Origin: Nostoc sp. PCC 7120 = FACHB-418
Lineage (GTDB): Bacteria > Cyanobacteriota > Cyanobacteriia > Cyanobacteriales > Nostocaceae
Reading direction: 5' to 3'
DNA: 32,000 nucleotides
Assembly: GCF_000009705.1 (NCBI RefSeq)
Contig: NC_003272.1
Location: forward strand, 6,180,001 to 6,212,000
A program made the translations under genes and the position numbers. Each line of letters begins with the position of its first letter. Position 1 is the stretch's first letter. The notes beneath the pieces are model-generated. The model was given only the letters and a program-made list of their open reading frames with translations. It was not told the DNA's origin and did no database searches. Of this stretch, positions 18,184 through 26,362 are shown one piece after another.

Positions 18184-19312
18184 CGGTATTGGGCATTTAG
18201 TCAGAAGCACAGAAATAGTGAGGAGTTTAGTTAAGGATTTTCAGGTTTATTTCATTAATGGTGGGCCTGTAATTACCGATTTTGAAATGCCGCTACAAGT
18301 AGAGTTAATTAGATTACCTGCACTTTGGTTAGAAGATGGTAATTTTAGAGTTGAGGATACTTGTAATGATGTGGCAGCAGTTAAGGAGAAGCGAAAAAAT
18401 CTCTTGATTTCTGAATTTGATAGAATTAAACCAGATTATTTAATCACTGAATTTTTTCCCTTTGGTAGACATAAGTTATTGTTTGAATTACTGCCTTTAA
18501 TGGAGCATATCAAAACTACCAGTCCCAGAACGAAACTCATTTCTAGTTTACGTGATGTGATTGGTAAGGAGGGTGATACGGAAGAAACGGCAGTTATTTG
18601 CCATTTAATGAATCGTTATTTTGATCTGTTGCTATTCCATGCTGACCCTAATTTCCAAAAATTTTCTGAGAGCTTTAGTGACTATCAATATATCAAAAGC
18701 GAAGTTGTTCATACGGGATTTGTCACCCAATCCCCAACAGTTAATATCAATGATGCCCATCAATTATGGGGTGACGTAAACGTAGAAACAGCAAAAATTA
18801 TAGTCAGCGTTGGTGGTGGCAGAATTGGCTATGAGCTTTTAGAAACAGCGATAGCAGCAAGCTCAATTTTAGCTCCATTAAGACCGCATATCATCAAAAT
18901 ATTTACTGGCCCTTTTATGCCAGAAGCACAGGTAAATCAATTAAGACAAATAGCAGGCGATCGCGGTCATATTCACATCGCTACATATACGTTACAATTG
19001 TTGGAATACATGAAAACGGCAGATATTTCTTTAAGCTTAAGTGGCTATAACACCACCATGAATATTCTGAGTACAGGTGTGCGTGCCATTGTTGTTCCCA
19101 TTGGGCATGAACACCAAGATAAAGAACAGTTATTGCGGACTCAAAAATTAGAGAAACTAGGAATTGTTGATTCTATTCTTCCACAAAATTTAACAGCATC
19201 TAATTTAGCTGAAAGAATCATCATCTGTTTAAACAAAAATAGACCTGTACATCAATCTCAATTTAACCTGAATGGTGCAGAAGCCACTGCTAATTATCTC
19301 AAAACTTTTTAA
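18149..19312 (+). CDS. MurG-like GT-B glycosyltransferase (COG4671-type), divergent paralog 3
   Basis: MKKIMFYCQYLSGIGHLVRSTEIVRSL.. then ..VSVGGGRIGYEL.. and ..LSLSGYNTTMNIL.....IVVP.......EQLLRTQKLEKLGI. The ATG at 18149 overlaps the upstream stop (18183) by 35 nt. The track GTG start at 18131 is less likely. Confidence 0.7.
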   Translation: MKKIMFYCQYLSGIGHLVRSTEIVRSLVKDFQVYFINGGPVITDFEMPLQVELIRLPALWLEDGNFRVEDTCNDVAAVKEKRKNLLISEFDRIKPDYLITEFFPFGRHKLLFELLPLMEHIKTTSPRTKLISSLRDVIGKEGDTEETAVICHLMNRYFDLLLFHADPNFQKFSESFSDYQYIKSEVVHTGFVTQSPTVNINDAHQLWGDVNVETAKIIVSVGGGRIGYELLETAIAASSILAPLRPHIIKIFTGPFMPEAQVNQLRQIAGDRGHIHIATYTLQLLEYMKTADISLSLSGYNTTMNILSTGVRAIVVPIGHEHQDKEQLLRTQKLEKLGIVDSILPQNLTASNLAERIIICLNKNRPVHQSQFNLNGAEATANYLKTF

Positions 19313-19402
19313 AAACAAACGAAAAAGCCACAAATTTGCAGCTTGATAGAAGCTGGGGATTTAAACCCCCTAAATTTTGTTAACCAAGGAGAGAGATAAT
19401 TA

Positions 19403-21250
19403 ATGGGTCAGCGAGCCAAAGAAAAGGAATTAAAGGGTGTTATTCCGGGAATCTTGCGGATATTAGATAAATTCTTGCCTTATATTCGTCAACAAAAACT
19501 TTTAATAGCTGGTTCTTTTTTGGCACTCTTATTGGAAACTGGCTTACGTTTGCTTGAACCTTGGCCTTTAAAATATGTTTTTGATTACATCCTTATCCCT
19601 GCTCACAATAACAATACAAATCTTACTCACAGTTATGGATTGAGTCCAGTTGTATTATTAACTATCTCAACTGTGGCTATTGTAGTTATTTCTGGGGTGG
19701 GTAGCATTGCTGCATATATCAGCACCTATGGAATGTCTTTGGCTGTGGTGCGGGTGTTGTCCACAGTACGGGCTAATGTTTTTCATCATTTACAGCATCT
19801 TTCTTTATCTTTTCACCAAAAATCTAAGAGTGGGGATTTAATCACCCGTGTCACCGCCGATATTGAAAAGATGCGGACTGTAACGGTGAAAACAGCCTTA
19901 CCTTTATTTACCAATACATTCTCGTTGGTGGGGATGTTGGGGATTATGTTTTGGCTAAATTGGGAACTGGCGTTAGTCGTGACGGCGATTTTCCCATTGT
20001 TATTTTTGTTGACTAGTCAGATGATTAGCCGCATTCGTAAGTTTGCCAAAAAACATCGTGATTCTGAAGGTGTTTTAGCCGCAACCACTGGCGAAACTAT
20101 GGGTGCTATTAAGGTGGTACAAGTCTTATCTCTTCAGGAAATGCTACACAGCGTTTTCTCAACTCAAAATCAAAAGAGTTTAGATGAAGCCATCGAATCT
20201 CTGAGACTTTCAGCCGCACTAGAAAGGGCTGTACAAATTTTAATGGCAATTATCATTGCTGTGGTGTTGTGGCGTGGTTCTTATGTGGTGCTACACAAGG
20301 AACTTACACCAGGGGAACTGTTGGTATTTATGACATATCTGCGAAACGCTTTTGAACCGATGCGGAAACTCTCCAATCAAATCGGCCAAATCGCTAAAGC
20401 CACCGCTTCCGGTGAACGAGTAGTAGAAATTCTGGATTATGAACCCAATGTACAAGATTTACCAGGGGCAAAACCAGCCCATCCTTTCTTCGGTGCAGTG
20501 CGGTTTGAAAATGTTTTCTTTGGCTATGATACAGGGAAAGATATTTTAAAAAATATTAGCTTGACTGTGCAACCGGGACAGCAAATTGCTTTAGTAGGGG
20601 CTTCCGGTGGCGGTAAATCAACGCTTCTCAGTTTAATATTACGGCTTTATGACCCAGAAGCTGGGCGGATTTTAATCGATGGTCAAGACATCCGCGAATA
20701 TACTCTCAATTCTCTACGCCAGCAAATCAGCGTGGTTTTACAAGAGAGTGTGTTATTTGCAGTTAGTGTCAGGGAAAATATCGCCTATGGGAAATTGGGC
20801 GCTACTGATAAGGAAGTGGAAAAAGCTGCACGTCTGGCTAATGCCCACGAATTTATCATGAATTTGCCCCAAGGTTACGATACTATTTTGGGCGATCGCG
20901 GTGGTACACTATCAGGAGGACAAAGACAAAGAATTGCGATCGCTCGTGCTGCAATACGACAAGCACCGATAGTCATTCTTGATGAACCCACCACAGGTTT
21001 AGATAAAAAGAGTGAATATATAGTCAATTCTGCACTCGCCAAATTAACCGAGGGGCGGACAACGTTTATTATTTCCCACAACCTCAAAGCGGTAGAAAAC
21101 GCAGACATAATTCTCTACGTCGAGGGTGGAAGCATTTTAGAACAGGGTACTCACCCAGAATTGATGCGTTTGGGTGGTTACTACGCCACTTTATATCAAA
21201 TACAAGGCATTGTCGAACCAGAAGGAGATATCTATGCAGTTGAGGCTTGA
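19403..21250 (+). CDS. MsbA/PglK-type ABC exporter, fused permease + ATPase (paralog of 10592-12394)
   Basis: 615 aa. It shares the N-terminal LRLLEPWPLKYVFDYIL motif with the other exporter (LRVLEPWPLKFVFDYVL). Walker A GASGGGKST, LSGGQRQRIAIARA, Walker B IVILDEPTTGLD and H-loop TFIISHNL are present. Confidence 0.9.
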   Translation: MGQRAKEKELKGVIPGILRILDKFLPYIRQQKLLIAGSFLALLLETGLRLLEPWPLKYVFDYILIPAHNNNTNLTHSYGLSPVVLLTISTVAIVVISGVGSIAAYISTYGMSLAVVRVLSTVRANVFHHLQHLSLSFHQKSKSGDLITRVTADIEKMRTVTVKTALPLFTNTFSLVGMLGIMFWLNWELALVVTAIFPLLFLLTSQMISRIRKFAKKHRDSEGVLAATTGETMGAIKVVQVLSLQEMLHSVFSTQNQKSLDEAIESLRLSAALERAVQILMAIIIAVVLWRGSYVVLHKELTPGELLVFMTYLRNAFEPMRKLSNQIGQIAKATASGERVVEILDYEPNVQDLPGAKPAHPFFGAVRFENVFFGYDTGKDILKNISLTVQPGQQIALVGASGGGKSTLLSLILRLYDPEAGRILIDGQDIREYTLNSLRQQISVVLQESVLFAVSVRENIAYGKLGATDKEVEKAARLANAHEFIMNLPQGYDTILGDRGGTLSGGQRQRIAIARAAIRQAPIVILDEPTTGLDKKSEYIVNSALAKLTEGRTTFIISHNLKAVENADIILYVEGGSILEQGTHPELMRLGGYYATLYQIQGIVEPEGDIYAVEA

Positions 21251-21986
21251 AGAATCTGTAGGAACTCGCGTGATTTTGTTACGCCACGGAGAGAGTACGT
21301 TTAATGCTTTGGGATTATATCAAGGTAGTAGTGATGAGTCAGTATTAACAGAAGTTGGGCGTAGGGATGCGCGAATTACAGGGGAATTTCTCCAGGGAAT
21401 ATGTTTTGATGCTGTTTATGTTAGTTCACTCAAGCGGGCGCAGGAAACCGCTAAGGAAATTTTAGAGGTAATTAATTTTCCCCAAAATGCAGTTTTTATC
21501 GATGAAAAATTAAGAGAAAATGATATGCCTGCTTGGGAAGGATTAGCATTTCAATATGTGCGGGAAATATTCCCTGAAGCATATCAACTTTGGAAACAGC
21601 GCCCGCATGAATTTTGGATGCAGATAGATAATAAAACACGGTTTTATCCGGCGCTGAATTTATATCAACGGGTACAACAATTTTGGCGAGAAGTACTACC
21701 AAACAACGTAGGTAAAACTGTGTTGGTAGTTGCACATGGGGGGACAAATCGGGCTTTGATTGGGACTGCTTTGGGGATAAGTCCTGAGTTTTATCATTCT
21801 CTTCAACAGTCAAATTGTGGGATTAGTATTCTTAATTTTCCTGATGGTTATTTGGCTTCGGGGCAGTTAGAGGTGATGAATTTGAATTATCATTTGGATT
21901 TTTTGAGAAATGAGAAGAAAGGCAAAATTTTTAAACGCAAAGTATCGCGGAGGTTTACGCGGAGTGACGCGGAGGTTTTACTATGA
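21234..21986 (+). CDS. histidine phosphatase family protein (phosphoglycerate-mutase-like)
   Basis: RHG motif VILLRHGESTFN. Has a second catalytic His context, VVAHGGTNRAL. The start is set at ATG 21234, 7 nt after GAAGGAG, overlapping the ABC gene end by 17 nt. The last ~15 codons (..KVSRRFTRSDAEVLL) are encoded by the CGCGGAGG repeat. Confidence 0.85.
   Translation: MQLRLEESVGTRVILLRHGESTFNALGLYQGSSDESVLTEVGRRDARITGEFLQGICFDAVYVSSLKRAQETAKEILEVINFPQNAVFIDEKLRENDMPAWEGLAFQYVREIFPEAYQLWKQRPHEFWMQIDNKTRFYPALNLYQRVQQFWREVLPNNVGKTVLVVAHGGTNRALIGTALGISPEFYHSLQQSNCGISILNFPDGYLASGQLEVMNLNYHLDFLRNEKKGKIFKRKVSRRFTRSDAEVLL
21933..21980. repeat. CGCGGAGG-family GC-rich repeat embedded in the 3' end of the phosphatase gene
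   Basis: cgcggagg at 21946 and 21968 and cgcggag at 21958. Same family as 9338-9380 and 10546-10580. Confidence 0.8.
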
Positions 21987-23275
21987 AGGTGGCTTTTATT
22001 GTTTGGCGGTTTCCGGTTTTATCTGAGGCTTTTATTCTTAACCAAATTACGGGTTTAATTGATAGGGGGCATGAAGTTTGTATTCATCCTGTGAATGGTT
22101 TACCGAAGGATTATACAGGGAAGTTACATCCGGTTGTGGAAGAATATCGGCTGATGGAACGTGTATGTTTCCCTCCTCATGTTCCTAACAATCTTATTTG
22201 GCGCTTTTTTAAAGGTGTTGGCTTATTCATTAGGAATATTCATCAGGGTTCTTGCAAAACTTGGCGATTTTTTATTCCGGGAAGATATGGCAAGGAAGTA
22301 GCTACTTTAAAAACATTCTACAGAATTGTAGGGTTACTGAAAGATGGCTCTTATGATATTATTCACTGTCAATTCGGAACTTTAGCGCCTATTGCTTTAG
22401 CCTATCGGGAAGTGGGGATAATTTCTGGTAAATTAATCACGACTTTTCGCGGGATTGATATTAGTAAATATGTCGAGGAAAATGGCATTGATGTTTATGA
22501 GCAACTCTTTCAGGAAGGGGAGTTTTTCTTGGCAAATTGTCAATTTTTTGGCGATCGCGCGATTAATTTAGGCTGCAATCCTGATAAACTGATAATTCAT
22601 GGTTCTGGTTTAGATTGTAATAAGTTCACCTTCAAACCTCGCTATTTTCCTGCTGATGGGAAAGTACAAGTGGCGACCACAGGAAGATTGGTAGAAAAAA
22701 AGGGGATTGAATACGCTATTCGTGCAGTTGCTAAAGTAGCTGAACTTTACCCCAATATTGAGTATCAAGTTATCGGCGATGGCGATTTAAAGGAAGATTT
22801 AGAACAATTAATCACAGAATTGAATATTGGTCATATCGTCAAATTATTGGGATGGAAGCAGCAAAAAGAAATTGTGGAGATTCTGGAAAATACCCACATT
22901 TTTATCGCGCCTAGTGTGACGGCTGCGGATGGTAATCAAGATGCACCAGTCAACACCTTAAAAGAAGCGATGGCGATGGGTTTACCTGTGATTAGTACCA
23001 GACATGGGGGGATTCCTGAATTAGTCACAGACGGGGTTTCTGGGTTTTTAGTCCCTGAACGAGATGCAGAGGCGATCGCTCATAAGTTAACCTATCTTAT
23101 AGAGCATCCAGAATTGTGGGAAGAAATGGGTAAAGCTGGACGTGGACGTGTTGCAGAAAAATACGACATGAACAAGCTAAATGATGAATTGGTGGAAATT
23201 TATCAACAAATGCTCAAGTCAGCATCACCCCAACAAGATTTGCAGCATCTACCAAAAGAATTAACCGCTATTTAA
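21983..23275 (+). CDS. GT4-family glycosyltransferase (tandem copy 1)
   Basis: 430 aa. ATGA start/stop overlap with the phosphatase gene. MKVAFIVWRFPVLSEAFILNQI.. N-domain. ..ATTGRLVEKKGIEYAI.. and ..DGNQDAPVNTLKEAMAMGLPVISTRHGGIPELVTDGVSGFLVPE.. Glycos_transf_1 domain. Confidence 0.9.
   Translation: MKVAFIVWRFPVLSEAFILNQITGLIDRGHEVCIHPVNGLPKDYTGKLHPVVEEYRLMERVCFPPHVPNNLIWRFFKGVGLFIRNIHQGSCKTWRFFIPGRYGKEVATLKTFYRIVGLLKDGSYDIIHCQFGTLAPIALAYREVGIISGKLITTFRGIDISKYVEENGIDVYEQLFQEGEFFLANCQFFGDRAINLGCNPDKLIIHGSGLDCNKFTFKPRYFPADGKVQVATTGRLVEKKGIEYAIRAVAKVAELYPNIEYQVIGDGDLKEDLEQLITELNIGHIVKLLGWKQQKEIVEILENTHIFIAPSVTAADGNQDAPVNTLKEAMAMGLPVISTRHGGIPELVTDGVSGFLVPERDAEAIAHKLTYLIEHPELWEEMGKAGRGRVAEKYDMNKLNDELVEIYQQMLKSASPQQDLQHLPKELTAI
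22928..23275 (+). repeat. 348-nt near-identical tract, copy A (partner at 24227-24574)
   Basis: Manual alignment at a constant offset of 1299 nt gives about 11 mismatches and no indels. There is only 1 mismatch in the first ~175 nt. Identity drops sharply immediately upstream of 22928/24227. Confidence 0.9.
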
Positions 23276-23284
23276 CTACGAAAT

Positions 23285-24574
23285 ATGAAAGTAGCATTTT
23301 TTGTTGCCCATTTTCCTGTGCTATCTGAACCCTTCATTTTAAATCAAATTGTCGGTACGATAGAACGCGGACATGAAGTTGATATCTACTCCCTTGATGG
23401 TATTCCCCAAGATACATCTAAATTGCATCCCTTGGTCGAACAATATCACCTCATGGAACGCACAATTTACGCTCCCACTAGACCAGATAATGAGTTATGG
23501 CGTTGGATAAAAGGCTTGAGTCTACTGTTAATCAATTTTCATAAAAACCCTAGCGTCTGTCTGCAATTACTCAATACTTCGTGCTATGTTAGTCAGGCGA
23601 AATCCTTGAAAATGCTTTATCGAGCATTACCATTTTTAAAAACAAAATCTTACGATATTATCCACTGTCAATTTAGCACCTTGGGCGTGTTCGGTGTGTG
23701 GTTTCGCCAACTTGGTTTAATTGAGGGTAAATTAATTTCCACCTTCCGGGGTTCAGATATTAGTAAATTTTTACCCAAATGGGGAGAACAGGTTTATCAA
23801 GAACTATTCCAGGAAACAGACTTTTTCTTAGCTAACTGCGAATTTTTTAAAGATAAAGCCGTGGCGTTGGGATGTGATGCTGATAAAATTCATGTCCACG
23901 GTTCAGGAATTGATAGTAACAGTTTCTTTTTTCAAGAACGCTCTTATCCTCATGATGGTATTATCCGCATTGCTACTACTGGGCGTTTGGTAGAGAAAAA
24001 AGGGATTGAGTATGTAATTAAAGCTGTTGCTCAAGTCATAAAAAATTATCCCGATATTGAGTATAACATTATTGGTGATGGAGAACTGAAAACACATTTT
24101 GAAAAACTAATTTTTGAATTAAATCTTAGTCAAAATGTGAAATTATTAGGCTGGAAACAACAAAAAGAGATTGTTGATATTTTGGATAAATGTCATATTT
24201 TTGTGGCTCCTAGTGTAACTGGTAAAGATGGTAATCAAGATGCACCAGTCAACACCTTAAAAGAAGCGATGGCGATGGGTTTACCTGTGATTAGTACCAG
24301 ACACGGGGGGATTCCTGAATTAGTCACAGACGGGGTTTCTGGGTTTTTAGTCCCTGAACGAGATGCAGAGGCGATCGCTCATAAGTTAACCTATCTCATA
24401 GAACATCCAGAATTGTGGAAAAAAATGGGTAAAGCTGGACGTGGACGTGTTGAAGAAAAATACGACATGAACAAGCTAAATGATGAATTGGTGGAAATTT
24501 ATCAACAAATGCTCAATTCAGCATCACCCCAACAAGATTTTCAACATCTACCAAAAGAATTGACGGCTATTTAA
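23285..24574 (+). CDS. GT4-family glycosyltransferase (tandem copy 2)
   Basis: 429 aa, collinear with copy 1. The N-terminal ~310 aa are clearly diverged and the C-terminal ~115 aa are nearly identical. Confidence 0.9.
   Translation: MKVAFFVAHFPVLSEPFILNQIVGTIERGHEVDIYSLDGIPQDTSKLHPLVEQYHLMERTIYAPTRPDNELWRWIKGLSLLLINFHKNPSVCLQLLNTSCYVSQAKSLKMLYRALPFLKTKSYDIIHCQFSTLGVFGVWFRQLGLIEGKLISTFRGSDISKFLPKWGEQVYQELFQETDFFLANCEFFKDKAVALGCDADKIHVHGSGIDSNSFFFQERSYPHDGIIRIATTGRLVEKKGIEYVIKAVAQVIKNYPDIEYNIIGDGELKTHFEKLIFELNLSQNVKLLGWKQQKEIVDILDKCHIFVAPSVTGKDGNQDAPVNTLKEAMAMGLPVISTRHGGIPELVTDGVSGFLVPERDAEAIAHKLTYLIEHPELWKKMGKAGRGRVEEKYDMNKLNDELVEIYQQMLNSASPQQDFQHLPKELTAI
24227..24574 (+). repeat. 348-nt near-identical tract, copy B
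   Basis: See 22928-23275. Confidence 0.9.
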
Positions 24575-24644
24575 GTAGCCCTAGCCAGATATATTAGGAC
24601 ATCAAGCTAAGATAAAACCCCGACAACTCAGGGCTTTCCATTCT

Positions 24645-24665
24645 GTCAACCGTCAACCGTCAACA
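24645..24665. repeat. tandem heptamer repeat GTCAACC GTCAACC GTCAACA
   Basis: Read directly in the spacer upstream of the GT2 gene. Confidence 0.85.
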
Positions 24666-24691
24666 GCTATAACTAATAGGAATTATCAACC

Positions 24692-25735
24692 ATGTCAGAA
24701 GCAATTGTGACAATTGTCGTTGTTCCCCGTGAACGCTTTAGCTGTACTCAAGCATCATTAGAAAGTATTTACGAACATACGAAGATACCTTTTAAGCTAA
24801 TTTATGTAGATGGTAATTCTCCAACTAAAGTCCGAAAATATCTGCAAAAACAAGCCCAAGAAAAGAACTTTCAACTAATTCGGACAGATTACTATCTTTC
24901 TCCCAACCACGCCCGGAATATTGGCTTGAGTCACGTTGATACTAAATATTTAGTATTCCTTGATAACGACGTTATAGTTTCCCCTGGTTGGTTACAAGCT
25001 TTAGTAAATTGTGCAGAAACAACAGGTGCAACTGTAGTCGGGCCTTTGATGTGTGAAAAAGAACCCATACACGAAAGAATCCACTTTGCAGGTGGAGAAA
25101 GCCACATCGTGATTGATGTCAAAGGCAGACGACATCTACGAGAAAAAATGTACAAACAAGGTCATCAAGTATCAGAATTGCGTTCTCAACTCCAGCAAAC
25201 TGAGACAGAATTAGCAGAGTTTCATTGTACCCTAATACGGAGGGAAATATTTGAGCAAATTGGCTATTTAGATGAAGAAATGCTCAACACCAAAGAACAT
25301 CTAGATTTTTGCATGAATGTCATACAAGCAGGCGGTAAAGTTTATTTTGAACCTGATAGTTTAGTTACTTATGTACCAGGGCCTCCTTTAGAATGGAGCG
25401 ATTTACATTTTTATATGCTGCGTTGGAGTGATGCTTGGACTTTAGCCAGTTTACAACGTATCCGTGCTAAATGGAATTTATCTGAGGATGGTTATTTTCA
25501 AACTAAATACAAAAAATTGGGTGTGAGACGAGTAGCAACAATTATTAAACCTTTTGTACGTCAAGTTAGCTTTGGGAATGAAAATAAGCCATTAAAAAGA
25601 TTTCTGAAAAACCTAGATAGAAAACTCAACCGTTTTCTGACCGATAGGTATACAGAAATGCTCCCACAACGCAAACTCGAATTACCAATTATTAAGAAAG
25701 AAATATCATCAGTTAAAGAATTTACCCAGGTTTGA
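24692..25735 (+). CDS. GT2-family (GT-A fold) glycosyltransferase
   Basis: 347 aa. ..TIVVVPRERFS......LESIY.HT..PF.LIYVDGNSP.. and DxD context YLVFLDNDVIVSPGWL are typical of Glycos_transf_2. Confidence 0.8.
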   Translation: MSEAIVTIVVVPRERFSCTQASLESIYEHTKIPFKLIYVDGNSPTKVRKYLQKQAQEKNFQLIRTDYYLSPNHARNIGLSHVDTKYLVFLDNDVIVSPGWLQALVNCAETTGATVVGPLMCEKEPIHERIHFAGGESHIVIDVKGRRHLREKMYKQGHQVSELRSQLQQTETELAEFHCTLIRREIFEQIGYLDEEMLNTKEHLDFCMNVIQAGGKVYFEPDSLVTYVPGPPLEWSDLHFYMLRWSDAWTLASLQRIRAKWNLSEDGYFQTKYKKLGVRRVATIIKPFVRQVSFGNENKPLKRFLKNLDRKLNRFLTDRYTEMLPQRKLELPIIKKEISSVKEFTQV

Positions 25736-25909
25736 TAACCTGGAGATAAGATTTATAAAATAAAATTACCTGGAGGTGCATTAAATATTAGGATACTATT
25801 TGCTGCAGAAGTGTTGAATGTTAAGAAAAAGATGAGAAAAATAGCCCAAAATATGTTAATTTTGGGCTAGATATTACAATATTTTGATTTCACAGTGATT
25901 ATAAATTAA

Positions 25910-26362
25910 TTTCCCAAAATTGTCAAAGATATCCTGAAAGGATTGCCAAAAAATGATTATCCAGTATTGAACAGTCGTCTGTTATTTGAGTTCTGGCTAT
26001 CTTACGTCTTGGATAATAGCTTAACAAGTATGCGAGGTTTATTTGCCAGGCTAAATAATACAGGATTTGAGTTAGATATTTCTACTTTTTCTAAAGCAAA
26101 TTTGCATCGAAGCCAAAAACCCTTTCAAGCAATTTACCAAAAATTAAATAAATTAGTCCAAAATAAAGCTGAGAATAAACTCCATAATAAATATGCAATA
26201 TACTCGATTGATTCCACAGTTATTACATTAACTAGTAAGTTGTTATGGGTGCTGGGTCATCCAGAGCGTAAAACTTTTTTAGATAAATTCCGCTATTTAC
26301 AATCCTGTATGTGTCAGAAAATCAGTTATTTTCATTGGTTTGAAGAGATGATGTTATGTTGA
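25910..26362 (+). pseudogene. truncated IS4-like (DDE) transposase N-terminal fragment
   Basis: The open frame FPKIVKDILKGLPKNDYPVLNSRLLFEFWLSYVLDNSLTSMRGLFARLNNTGFELDISTFSKANLHRSQKPF...YSIDSTVITLTSKLLW resembles the N-terminus of cyanobacterial IS4-family transposases. It has no ATG (a stop lies at 25907). Transposase-like sequence ends after ~105 aa, and no DDE core or terminal repeats were seen. Confidence 0.5.

Noticed and set aside
12244-25155. Short ORFs nested in the glyco-cluster genes
   Set aside because: The ORFs are 12244-12519, 12968-13150, 15073-15330, 15683-16245 (a group), 20679-20861, 20875-21108, 21496-21813, 23903-24097 and 24931-25155. They are nested, in the antisense strand or alternate frames, within GT, ABC or phosphatase genes and have no independent support.
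9557-25735. Assigning the cluster to the known heterocyst envelope polysaccharide (hepA island), heterocyst glycolipid or hormogonium polysaccharide loci
   Set aside because: An MsbA-type exporter next to GTs is reminiscent of hepA. But the gene content I recall for those loci (sugar-nucleotide enzymes, PKS genes, pseudopilins) is absent here, and I cannot verify orthology without a search.
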